From contig CAWDML010000001.1 in assembly GCA_963803435.1 (NCBI GenBank), positions 3,168,001-3,232,000 on the forward strand: a stretch of 64,000 nucleotides of DNA, in the 5' to 3' direction. The position numbers and the translations under genes are program-made. Numbering within the stretch: the stretch's first letter is position 1; each line of letters opens with the position of its first letter. Positions 10,369 through 20,603 of this stretch are shown here, piece after piece. The notes beneath the pieces are model-generated. The model searched no databases, was not told the DNA's origin, and was given only the letters and a program-made list of their open reading frames with translations. This stretch comes from an uncultured delta proteobacterium. GTDB taxonomy: Bacteria > Myxococcota > Kuafuiibacteriia > Kuafuiibacteriales > Kuafuiibacteriaceae.

Positions 10369-10489
10369 AACCGAGAGGAGTTATCGACGTCCCCCCCCGC
10401 GAGTTTCCCGCAACCAGTGGGAAACTTTTGGACCTCGTTCCCACACGCGCAGAGCACATCCTGACCTCGGTCATGCTTGGGGACCCTCG

Positions 10490-11335
10490 CTAATCGCGGG
10501 CGAGGACCACGTTGTCGATCAATCGCGTCGCCCCCACCCGCACGGCGGTCAGGATCACCGCAGGATCGTCGGCGCGGGTGAGGGGCTCCAGATCGGTGAA
10601 GCGGCGCACCTCCAGGTATTCGGGCGACAGGCCCGCCGTGGTGAGGCGGTCTCGGACCGCACGGGTGAGCGCGGCGGCGGCGCGCTCGCCGGCGCGATAG
10701 GCAGCGTGCGCGGCGAAGAGGCCGGCGCTGATCGCGAGCGCCTGCGTCCGCTCCGCCGGGGAGAGGAGCGCGTTCCGGGAGGACATCGCCAGGCCGTCGG
10801 GCTCCCGCATCAAGGGCGCGCCGACGATCTCGACGTCGAGATCCAGGTCGCGCACGAGCGCGCGGATCACCGCGAGCTGCTGGAAGTCCTTCTCACCGAA
10901 CACGGCGACGTCGGGGCGGACGATCGAGAGCAGCTTGGTCACGACGGTGGCGACGCCCTCGAAGTGGCCGGGCCGATGCGCACCGCACAGGCCTTGCGAC
11001 GCCGCGGTGACCTCGACGCGCGTCTGGAACCCGGGCGGATAGACAACGTCGGGCGGGGGCGCGAAGAGGACGCCGACACCGGCGTCCTCCAGCTTCTTCG
11101 CGTCGCCCTCGAGATCGCGCGGGTAGCGCGCCAGGTCCTCGCCGGGGCCGAACTGCTTCGGGTTCACGAAGACGGAGGCGGCGATCACCTCCGCGTGCTG
11201 CTTCGCGAGCTCCACCAGCGACAGATGCCCCGCGTGGAGCGCGCCCATCGTGGGGACCAGCCCGATCCGAAGCCCGTGCTTCTGGAGCGGGCGCAAGGCG
11301 GCTTTCACCTCCGCGATCGAGCCGAGCCGCTTCAC
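10490..11335 (-). CDS. panC: Pantoate--beta-alanine ligase
   Basis: 'VPTMGALHAGHLSLV', 'FVNPKQF', 'RPGHFEGV', 'FGEKDFQQ', 'GLAMSSRN', 'RLIDN'. Confidence 0.97.
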   Translation of the reverse strand: MKRLGSIAEVKAALRPLQKHGLRIGLVPTMGALHAGHLSLVELAKQHAEVIAASVFVNPKQFGPGEDLARYPRDLEGDAKKLEDAGVGVLFAPPPDVVYPPGFQTRVEVTAASQGLCGAHRPGHFEGVATVVTKLLSIVRPDVAVFGEKDFQQLAVIRALVRDLDLDVEIVGAPLMREPDGLAMSSRNALLSPAERTQALAISAGLFAAHAAYRAGERAAAALTRAVRDRLTTAGLSPEYLEVRRFTDLEPLTRADDPAVILTAVRVGATRLIDNVVLARD

Positions 11336-11340
11336 ACCGT

Positions 11341-12243
11341 CTACACCGGAACGCCGTAGAGGCCGGCCAGGCCGTCGTCGTCGTCGAGCTCGGAGCCGCC
11401 GACCACCTCGAGCGGACCGAAGAGCTGCTCCTTGGTATGGAACGTGTGCGCCTCCGATGGGAACACGCCCTCCTCGATCTCGGCTTTGAACCGGGCGATC
11501 GCGTCGGGAATCTGAGTGCCCAGGTCGGCGTACTTCTTCACGAACTTGGGCGCGAAGTCGGGATCCATCCCGAGGAGGTCGTAGATCACCAGGACCTGCC
11601 CGTCGCACTGCGCGCCGGCGCCGATCCCGATCGTCGGGATCGACAGCGAGTCGGTGATGACGCGGGCCAGCTCGACCGGGATGCCCTCGAGCACGATCGC
11701 GTAGCAGCCAGCCTGCTCGAGCGCCTGGGCGTCGCGAAGGATCCGCCGCGCACCGGCCGCGTCCTTGCCCTGCACCTTGAAGCCGCCCATCGCGTGGACC
11801 GACTGGGGCGTGAGACCGACGTGACCCATCACCGGGATCCCGGCGCGCGTGATCTTGTAGATCAGGTCCGCGTACTCCTCGCCGCCCTCGAGCTTCACGC
11901 TCTCGGCATTGCCTTCCTTCACCAGCCGTCCCGCGTTCTCGAGCCCGCGGGCGACGTCGGCCTGGTAGCTCATGAACGGCATGTCGGCGACGACGTGCGC
12001 GTGGGAGGCGGCGCGGCGCACCGCGCGCGTGTGATAGATGATGTCTTCGAGCGTGACCGCCAGCGTGTTGTCTCCGCCCTGGATGACCATCCCGAGCGAG
12101 TCGCCCACGAGCAGCGCGTCGGCGCCGGCGCGATCGGCCAGGCGCGCGAACGTCGCGTCATAGGCGGTGACCATGCAGATGCGCCGTCCCTCCTCCTTCA
12201 TCTGGAGGAGAGCGGTCGCCGTGACCTTCTTGTCTTTCTTCAT
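11341..12243 (-). CDS. panB: 3-methyl-2-oxobutanoate hydroxymethyltransferase
   Basis: 'TAYDA', 'LVGDSLGM', 'DMPFMSY', 'VKLEGG', 'GHVGLTPQS', 'IGIGAG'. Confidence 0.97.
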   Translation of the reverse strand: MKKDKKVTATALLQMKEEGRRICMVTAYDATFARLADRAGADALLVGDSLGMVIQGGDNTLAVTLEDIIYHTRAVRRAASHAHVVADMPFMSYQADVARGLENAGRLVKEGNAESVKLEGGEEYADLIYKITRAGIPVMGHVGLTPQSVHAMGGFKVQGKDAAGARRILRDAQALEQAGCYAIVLEGIPVELARVITDSLSIPTIGIGAGAQCDGQVLVIYDLLGMDPDFAPKFVKKYADLGTQIPDAIARFKAEIEEGVFPSEAHTFHTKEQLFGPLEVVGGSELDDDDGLAGLYGVPV

Positions 12244-12247
12244 CTCC

Positions 12248-12320
12248 GACCTCACGGGTCAGCGCCCTCTCGGGTCGCCGCCTCGCCCTCAGTCGCCGGT
12301 CCGGAGACCGGACGGGGTTT
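12248..12320 (-). promoter_or_regulatory. Structured panB leader, candidate pan RNA motif
   Basis: Minus strand CCGTC-CGGTC-TCCG-GACCG...AGGCGG plus two small hairpins up to the RBS. The position matches the pan motif; the sequence similarity is from memory. Confidence 0.4.
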
Positions 12321-12382
12321 CGTTCCGTACTTCTTCTCGCCTCCACGACAGGTCGCCGCCCCGGAGGGTCGGCGCGCGCGCT

Positions 12383-13045
12383 TCAGCGCCTCGAATACGG
12401 GTTATAGTGTTGCACACCTTTCCGCATTCGACGAACGGCCGAGATGACGTCCTCGAGATGGGATTCCCTCTCCACGATGTCGATCTCGGACGTGTTCACG
12501 ACCAGAAGCGGCGTCTCGTCGTAGCGAAAGAAGTAGTCGTTGTAGGCCTTTGAGACCCGCTCCAGGTAGTCGAGCGTGATCGGGCGCTCCCAGTCCCGGT
12601 TACGGCTGCGGATCCGCTCGAGCAGCACCTGCGGGCGGGCCTGCAGGTAAACGCAGAGGTCCGGCCGGGGGACGCGGGGATCGAGGAGCCCGTAGATGCG
12701 GTCGTAGAGCGCGAGCTCGGCCGGGTTGAGCGTGAGGTAGGCGAAGATCCGATCCTTCGCGAAGACGTAGTCGCAGACGGTGTTGCGCTGGAACAGCTCC
12801 TCCTGCCGCAGCTCCTGCTGCTGCTGATAGCGGGAGAGGAGAAAGAACATCTGCGTCTGAAAGGCCGTGCGCTGGGGCTCGAAGTAGAACTCGCGCACGA
12901 AGGGGTTCGACTCGACCTCCTCCAGGACCAGGCGCGCGTTCACCCGCTTCGCCAGCTGCCGCGCCAGCGTGGTCTTGCCGACACCGACCGGGCCCTCGAC
13001 GGCGATCAGTCTGGGCTCATCCCCGCGCTGGCGCTTCTTCCCCAT
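12383..13045 (-). CDS. Deoxynucleoside kinase
   Basis: P-loop 'EGPVGVGKTT', 'FQTQMFFLLSRY', 'PDLCVYLQA', 'RIRSRNR.WE'. Confidence 0.92.
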   Translation of the reverse strand: MGKKRQRGDEPRLIAVEGPVGVGKTTLARQLAKRVNARLVLEEVESNPFVREFYFEPQRTAFQTQMFFLLSRYQQQQELRQEELFQRNTVCDYVFAKDRIFAYLTLNPAELALYDRIYGLLDPRVPRPDLCVYLQARPQVLLERIRSRNRDWERPITLDYLERVSKAYNDYFFRYDETPLLVVNTSEIDIVERESHLEDVISAVRRMRKGVQHYNPYSRR

Positions 13046-13111
13046 GGCGGCCCGAAGGCGGCGGAAGACTAGAGAGTGATCGACCGTCTGCGCAAGTCTT
13101 TGGACGTCCGA

Positions 13112-13450
13112 TCAGGGGCGGCGCACGAAGACCGCCCTCAAGCTGCGCCTGGCGAGCTCGCCCGTGATCAGAAAATCGATCGTCTCCGGCTTCCACGGCG
13201 GGTAGGCGCGCGCCACCAACACGTAGTGCGACCCGTCGGGCGCCGTCCCGCCCCCCGTGATGGGCGCCTGCTGCTGCGTGAAGAGCTCGGTGAGGATCCG
13301 GTGGTACTCGGGTGCGAGTACCTCGACCTCGCCTCGCGTGCCGTCGGTGAAGACGCGGCCCACGATCCGCTCCCCGCCGTGCGTTCGCTCGGCAAAGTCG
13401 TCGTGGATCTCGAGCACGGTCGGCCAGGCGGTTCCCATCTTCTTCATCAT
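13112..13450 (-). CDS. Small hypothetical protein, candidate immunity/partner of the upstream toxin-like gene
   Basis: Strong RBS (GAGAGGAG), 21 bp downstream of the 13472..16960 stop, plausible composition. Confidence 0.65.
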   Translation of the reverse strand: MMKKMGTAWPTVLEIHDDFAERTHGGERIVGRVFTDGTRGEVEVLAPEYHRILTELFTQQQAPITGGGTAPDGSHYVLVARAYPPWKPETIDFLITGELARRSLRAVFVRRP

Positions 13451-13471
13451 CGTTCTCCTCTCGTGCTTTCT

Positions 13472-16400
13472 CTAGGACGGTCCGCCCGGGGTGATCTCAG
13501 GCGGTACGTTGATGGCCGCGGGATCCTGGTGGAAGAAGAGCTTCACCAGCCAGCGCAGCTTTTCGTCCGGGATCTGGGGGTTGCTCTTCAGGTAGCCGGC
13601 CCAGTCGCTGAGGATCTGATCGATGTCCCGCATCATCACGACAGCGCCCTCGCAGAAGTTCTCCTCGGGGCTGGTGGCTCCGAAGTCCGTGAAGTAGCCG
13701 CTACCATGGTCGAGGAACGGGTTCACGTCGGCGTGATCCAGGTTCTCGAGGCGCCACACGTGATGGAAGACCTCGTGGATCATGGTGTCGGCTCCGCCGA
13801 TGTCCCGGTCGAGCGCGATGGCGTGGGAGGAGGGGGTGTACAGCCCGGCCACGTCGCCGGTGATCACTCCGTTCGCGTCCTGGGCGTAACCGATCCCTGG
13901 GACGATCTGGACCTCGGGGATGTCGGCCAGGACGCTCGGGTCGACCGCCGCGATCCGGCGGAGCGCGCCCTCGATCTCTGCGAAGCGATCGCTCGAGATC
14001 ATGTCCGTCCCGTAGATCGGAACACCGGCGACGTACGGGTGCTCGCTCGTGATCCAGCGGTTGAGGCTCTCGATCTCCGGGCGCGTCTCGTTGAAGGAGA
14101 TCCCTCGCTTCTCGTAGTAGACGTAGTTGTCGTCCGGGGTCAGGTAACCGCGGAGCGGCGTGAAGTCCCAGCTGCGGCCGGCAGCGGCCCGCTCGCTCGC
14201 GGTCTCCCGGACCAGCGTGCGCGCCTGGCTGGAGCTGGTGTCGAGGAGCTCGGTGCCGCCGTACGAGTTGCGGACGACGGTGACCGGGCCCAGCACCAGC
14301 ACGTCGTCGACGCTCCCGTCCGGGCGCGCGAGCGACGAGGTGATCCGGGCGCCGGGGAGCGTCTCGAGCCCGCGGCCTTGGGACCGCTCCACCGCGCCCG
14401 CCATGGTGCCGAGGCGCGCGCCGAGGTCGGGCCGCTGGGCCAGCTCGAACGCCATGCGCGGATCGTGATCGCCCAGGACGCGGAACAGCTCCGAGCCGTG
14501 CGTGCCCTGTGCGTCGGCCTTCGCGGCCGCGGACAGCAGCGCCGGGATCGAGGTGGCCGCGTCGGCGCGGGTGATCGCCGCCTCGACCAGCGGCGTGCTC
14601 CCGAGCCCGCGGAGGCGGATCAGACTGTCGAGACCATCGCCGGCGAAGAGCGCGCGGGCGGCCGACGGCTGGGCCGCCGACATGCGCGAGGCCAGGTCCA
14701 GGATCGCGCGCGAGTCGTCGTCGGTGCCCAGGCCGAGCACCTGTCCCAGCACGCGCTCCGCCGACGGGCTGTCGAGCCCGCTCATCACGCGGGCGAAGTC
14801 GCCGCGGGCGCTCGCGCCTTCGAGCACCCGGTTGAGCTTCAGGATCTGCGCGTCGCTCATGGATCCGAGCGCGCCGATGATCCGGCTGGCGGTCGGACCG
14901 TCCGTGGCGACCAGCGTGTTTCTGAGCTTCGCGATCTCGCCCAGGTCGTCGAAGTATTGCAGCCGATCTTGGAGCTTGCTGGCGGAGAGTCCGTCGACGC
15001 CGAGGCCGGCGAGCTCCTCTCCCACCTGCGCCAGCACCTTGCTCTTGACCGCCGCGGTGTACACGCGCGGGAGCGCCGTGAGCGCCCCCAGATCGGCCGC
15101 GGAGAGCGCACCGGTGAGGATCGCGCCCGCCCAGTCGCCGGCGGTCGGCATGGTCTTGCCGTTGACGCTCGAGTAGCCGGGCACGTTCAGGGACGCGGCG
15201 TACGTGCGATCGATCAGATCCGAGACCTGGAGCCCGGCCAGCCCAATCCCACTGACTGCGGCCGCCCCGGCGACATAGGCGACCCAGGCGGCGCCGCCGG
15301 TGAACACTCCGCCGACCGCCGCCACCAGGCCGAGCGCCGCGCCGGCACCGCCGAGCGCGTCCATGCCGATGTCCTTGAGCTTCTGCTTCCTGGCCGCGTC
15401 CTCGAGGTAGCCCTGGGCGGCCGCGAGCGCAGCCGGATAGGGCGCGCCCTCGGGCGTGCCGGCGACGAAGTTGGTGTCGAGCTGGATCAACCTGGGGATC
15501 TGCGCGGCGATCACGCCGAGGTTCTCGAACGACGGGACCTTGCCGATCTTGGTGAGCGCGCCGTCGAGATCGGCGATCGACTGCTTCAGCGCGCTGAGGT
15601 ACGGCGCCGATCCGTCCGTGGACAGCGTCCCCGAGAGACGCGCGCCGTAGGACGCGGCAACACTCGGATCCATCTGGACGTCGAAGCCGGCACCGCTCGG
15701 ATCGTAGGTGAGCTGGAACTCGTCGTAGTGCGGGAGCAGCTGGGCGAAGCTCGACTTCGGTCCCAGGAGCGCGATGAGCTCCGGGTGCTCCTGGGAGAGC
15801 TCGGCGAAGCGCGCGGAGGCGGCGGTCTTCGCGCCCGCGTAGCTCCCGCCGTCGACGCCGGCGCGATCGAAGTAGTCCACCAGATCGGCCAGCGTGTTCC
15901 CGGCCGTGTCCTCGCCGATCCCGCGCAGCGCTGCGGTCACCCTGGATCGGTCCTCCGGCGACAACGACAGGATCTGCTCTGGGCTCATGTTCGCGATGTC
16001 GAGCCGGGACAGATCGACCCCGGGGTTCTGGCGCTCCAGGACCTCCCGGTACTGCGGGCCGATCGTCGACCACAGCCCGCCGTCGAGCTCGCGCATCGCG
16101 TACTCGAGGTTGTCGCAGTTCTTGAGGTAGTCCTGGATCGCGTAGCCCTCGAGCCCGGTGTTGCGGGTGAAGTCATCGAGGAAGCCAGGGACGGAGAGCA
16201 GCGCGTCGGCGCCGGCGAGATCGGTGCGAAGATCGAGGTACGCGTGCGCGGCCACCTTGGCGACCAGCGCATCGAACGCCTCCTTGCTGGGGTTCGCGAG
16301 GAAGTTGTCGTATTCGGTGGGCGCGATCCGATCGATCCGGCCGTAGTCGAGGCTGCCCCCGTCGCCCGAGTCTGCGAAGCGGAGCGTGGCCAGCTCCGGG

Positions 16401-16960
16401 ACTCCGATCCTCTCACCCAGCGCGTCGGCGGCCCGGCGCCGCTCCTCCGAGCCCGCCGGTCGCTCGAAGATCCGCTCGAGCTCTTCGTGGCTGACGGTCG
16501 CGACCTCCGTGTACTTTCCGGGCTCCTGCTCGGCGAGCCAGGCCTGGGCCGAGGACGCGGCGATCGCGTGACCGACGCCGTCCTCGTCCCGGAACAAGGT
16601 GACGTCGTCGCCCGACGCGTAGGCGACCTCTAGACACGACGTGCTCCCGTCTCCAATCGTCTCGTCGACCAGCGTCGAGACACTGCCGTCGGGCGCGGCG
16701 ACCTCCTTCGCGACGGGCCCCTTGGTGCGCTTGATGACGATCGCGCCGTCGTCGGTCACCGTGTACGGCCGGGCCTCTCTCACCGGCGGCGGCGCGAGCG
16801 ACGGCGCGGTCGCGGCCCCACCCTGGACGCGATCGAATCGATCCTCGTCCGCGTCGTCCGGCGCCGATGGCGGTGCGTCGGGACCATCCGGCGCCTCGAC
16901 CGGGCCGGGCTCCGGCGCGGTGACTTTGGGGGTCGCGGTCTCGATCCGGACGTCGGTCAT
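13472..16960 (-). CDS. 1162-aa toxin-like protein with central hydrophobic helices and a C-terminal HExxH zinc metallopeptidase
   Basis: No signal peptide; Pro/Asp-rich N-terminus; 'ALGGAGAALGLVAAVGGVFTGGAAWVAYVAGAAAVSGIGL' segment; 'VAGLY...MIHEVFHHVW...TSPEENFCEG' zincin motif. Confidence 0.7.
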   Translation of the reverse strand: MTDVRIETATPKVTAPEPGPVEAPDGPDAPPSAPDDADEDRFDRVQGGAATAPSLAPPPVREARPYTVTDDGAIVIKRTKGPVAKEVAAPDGSVSTLVDETIGDGSTSCLEVAYASGDDVTLFRDEDGVGHAIAASSAQAWLAEQEPGKYTEVATVSHEELERIFERPAGSEERRRAADALGERIGVPELATLRFADSGDGGSLDYGRIDRIAPTEYDNFLANPSKEAFDALVAKVAAHAYLDLRTDLAGADALLSVPGFLDDFTRNTGLEGYAIQDYLKNCDNLEYAMRELDGGLWSTIGPQYREVLERQNPGVDLSRLDIANMSPEQILSLSPEDRSRVTAALRGIGEDTAGNTLADLVDYFDRAGVDGGSYAGAKTAASARFAELSQEHPELIALLGPKSSFAQLLPHYDEFQLTYDPSGAGFDVQMDPSVAASYGARLSGTLSTDGSAPYLSALKQSIADLDGALTKIGKVPSFENLGVIAAQIPRLIQLDTNFVAGTPEGAPYPAALAAAQGYLEDAARKQKLKDIGMDALGGAGAALGLVAAVGGVFTGGAAWVAYVAGAAAVSGIGLAGLQVSDLIDRTYAASLNVPGYSSVNGKTMPTAGDWAGAILTGALSAADLGALTALPRVYTAAVKSKVLAQVGEELAGLGVDGLSASKLQDRLQYFDDLGEIAKLRNTLVATDGPTASRIIGALGSMSDAQILKLNRVLEGASARGDFARVMSGLDSPSAERVLGQVLGLGTDDDSRAILDLASRMSAAQPSAARALFAGDGLDSLIRLRGLGSTPLVEAAITRADAATSIPALLSAAAKADAQGTHGSELFRVLGDHDPRMAFELAQRPDLGARLGTMAGAVERSQGRGLETLPGARITSSLARPDGSVDDVLVLGPVTVVRNSYGGTELLDTSSSQARTLVRETASERAAAGRSWDFTPLRGYLTPDDNYVYYEKRGISFNETRPEIESLNRWITSEHPYVAGVPIYGTDMISSDRFAEIEGALRRIAAVDPSVLADIPEVQIVPGIGYAQDANGVITGDVAGLYTPSSHAIALDRDIGGADTMIHEVFHHVWRLENLDHADVNPFLDHGSGYFTDFGATSPEENFCEGAVVMMRDIDQILSDWAGYLKSNPQIPDEKLRWLVKLFFHQDPAAINVPPEITPGGPS

Positions 16961-17120
16961 TGTCGCCCCGCCGAGAGCAATCCGAGGACCAACGGCCGAT
17001 CATCTCTGAACCGGCCCCGAGCGCGAGGTCGACTTGGCGGCACCGCCACGCCGACTGGGCGACGAGATCGCGCTCGACGCGGTCGCCGTGATGTGGTCGA
17101 ACCTCGAGAGGAGGTGCGCC

Positions 17121-17744
17121 ATGCCGCGACCGGAGTGGGAGGAGATCTACCAGCAGGGCGAGCTGCCCTGGGATACGGGCCGGCCGGATCCCTATCTGGT
17201 CGACCTCGTGAAGACGCACCCCATCGCGCCGTGTCGAGCATTCGAGGTCGGCTGCGGCACCGGCACCAACGCCCGGTGGCTGGCCGAACGTGGCTTCGAC
17301 GTCCTCGGTGTCGACCTGGCGCCCACGGCGATCGAGACGGCCCGGGCGCGGACGGCCGCCGGCCTCACCTGTCGCTTCGAGGTCCTCGACTTTCTCGGGG
17401 ACGCGACCCCGAGCGGACCTTTCGACTTCGCGTTCGACCGCGGCTGCTTTCACGTCTTCGACGGCGCCGAGAAGCAGGCGCAGTTCGCCGCCCGCATCGC
17501 GGCGTTGCTCGCGCCCGACGGCGTCTGGCTCAGCCTCATCGGCAGCACCGAGGGCGCCCCCCGCGACCGCGGCCCGCCGCGCCGCAGCGCCCGCGAGATC
17601 ATGACGGCGATCGAGCCTTCGCTCCGCATCGTCGAGCTGCGGGCGATCGAGTTCCGCGACGTCGAGCTCGCCGCTGACGCCTGGCTGTGCCTCTCGCGCC
17701 GACGGAGCGAGCCCGCGCAGCCGTCGAGCCGGCGCGAGGATTAG
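17121..17744 (+). CDS. Class I SAM-dependent methyltransferase (TPMT-like)
   Basis: GAGGAGG RBS; 'W..IY...LPWDTG', 'EVGCGTG', 'FDRGCFH'. Confidence 0.9.
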   Translation: MPRPEWEEIYQQGELPWDTGRPDPYLVDLVKTHPIAPCRAFEVGCGTGTNARWLAERGFDVLGVDLAPTAIETARARTAAGLTCRFEVLDFLGDATPSGPFDFAFDRGCFHVFDGAEKQAQFAARIAALLAPDGVWLSLIGSTEGAPRDRGPPRRSAREIMTAIEPSLRIVELRAIEFRDVELAADAWLCLSRRRSEPAQPSSRRED

Positions 17745-18400
17745 CCAGGCAGAGGTGCTCCGGCCGTCGTGGACCGCGGGAGCCCCGTAGGACGACGCCG
17801 TCGAGCGTCTGCTCCACCCGCCACTTGTCGTGCACGTTCGCGCCTGAGATCTCGACCGCCAACGGAACACCACGACCATCCGTGAGCACGTGACGCTTCA
17901 CGCCTCGCTTGGCTCGATCCGTCGGGTTCGGACCGGTCAGGTCCCCCCTTTTGGAGCCTTGACGATCGCGCTGTCGAGTGAAGTCCACTTCCACTGTATG
18001 CCGCGCCTCCTGTCGTAGTACCGCAGCAGCTCAGCGAAGATCGCGGTGAAGATCCCTGCTGCGCACCATGCCGCGAATCGACTGTGGCACGTCGAACCGG
18101 AGCTGAACTCGCGCGGCAGGGCCTTCCACTGGCACCCTGTCCGAAGGCGATAGACGACACCTGCCATCACGACGCGATCCGCAACCCGCGGGCGACCTCC
18201 CCGCGGCCTTGGACCTCGCTTCGGGAGTCACGGCTCAATGCGTTTCCACAGGGCGTCCGGAAGACTTGCGAATCTTGCCTGCATCGACTCTGCAGAACAC
18301 TCGATCGAGCACGATGCAACAACGGCCGCTTTGAATAGCGAATGAGCAGAACGAGCGAAACAGGAAACGCGGAACGGTCCGGAGGTTTTCGGACCGGCTC
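17745..18400 (-). mobile_element. Truncated IS5-family insertion sequence remnant
   Basis: Two-frame transposase: 'VVYRLRTGCQWKALPREF..STCHSRF..W...SLDSAIVKAPKGG' then 'GPNPTDRAKRGVKRHVLTDGRGVPLAV..SGANVHD'. Frame change at AAAAGGGGG, in-frame TGA near 18225, cut after 'HLCL'. IS-like end GAGCCGGTCCGAAAACC at 18400. TTAG on both flanks. Confidence 0.88.
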
Positions 18401-18578
18401 TTAGATCAGGACGGTCCTCAATCCGTTCCGCTCGCTATTCCGCGTTGCACGTGTTCTGGCACTCGCTGCCCCTCCGCAGCGCATGAGAGGCGATGACATC
18501 GCGGATCGGGTTGCGAAGCGCGTTCTTCGGCTGCGTCGAGTCAATCGATCGTGGCGAGTACGAGTCGCGCGGACGAAG

Positions 18579-19196
18579 TCACGGTCCGCGAAGGACCACG
18601 TCCGAGGAGCCGCCGTAGGGATCGCGCTCGCCGGAGAGGGCGAAGCCGAGCGCGATCCCGCCGCCGACGAGGGCAGCGACGCCCGCGGCGATCCCGCCCC
18701 AGAAATACGGCGACGCGAGCAGGCCGCCGTCTTCGACCGGCGCCGGCGGCGGGGGCGGCGTCTCGACCGCCTGCATCGGAGGCGGCGGAGGCGAAGGCGA
18801 AGGCGGAGGCGCGACCGGTGGGGGCGGTTCGATCGTCGGCGTCTCCGGGGGCGGCGGTGACGCGGCGCGCGCTTGCTCCGCCTGGAGATCCAGGATGAGC
18901 GGAGATCGTCTCCTTGATGGCGTCGGTGTCGGCGGGGTTGGTGGCCAGGTACTCGCGGAAGTGGACCAGGGCGTCGTCGTACCGCTTGACGGCCCGCTCG
19001 CACTGGGCCAGCGCGCGGATCGTGGACGGCCGCTTCCTCGACAGCTGGTAGGCGCGCTGGAGGTGCGGGAGCGCCGCCTCGTACTCCTGCGCCTTGAAGT
19101 AGCGCATCCCTTTGTCGAACTCGCGGCGGCCGTTCTGCTGGGCGAAGGCCGGTGAGGCGGCCATGAGGGCGAGCGTCGCGACCAAGCCGATGCGGC

Positions 19197-19203
<7 letters not shown>
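18579..19203 (-). CDS. TPR protein with Pro-rich linker and C-terminal TM; one apparent +1 frameshift at ~18900
   Basis: Signal peptide and TPR in ORF 18541..19203; Pro-rich linker and 'PYFWGGIAAGVAALVGGG' in the frame ending at 18579. Confidence 0.7.
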
Positions 19204-20510
<1,307 letters not shown>

Positions 20511-20603
20511 GCCCCCATTCGCAGGCTGGCCGGGGCCCGCGCGTTTGTAAAGAGGCCTTTCCGACCGACCCACGAGATGCGATGGTCGTGGGCCGGCTGC
20601 CCG

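Noticed and set aside
9335-10490. tmRNA (ssrA) next to smpB
   Set aside because: The flanks are occupied by CDSs, and I could not recognise tRNA-like ends or a tag reading frame.
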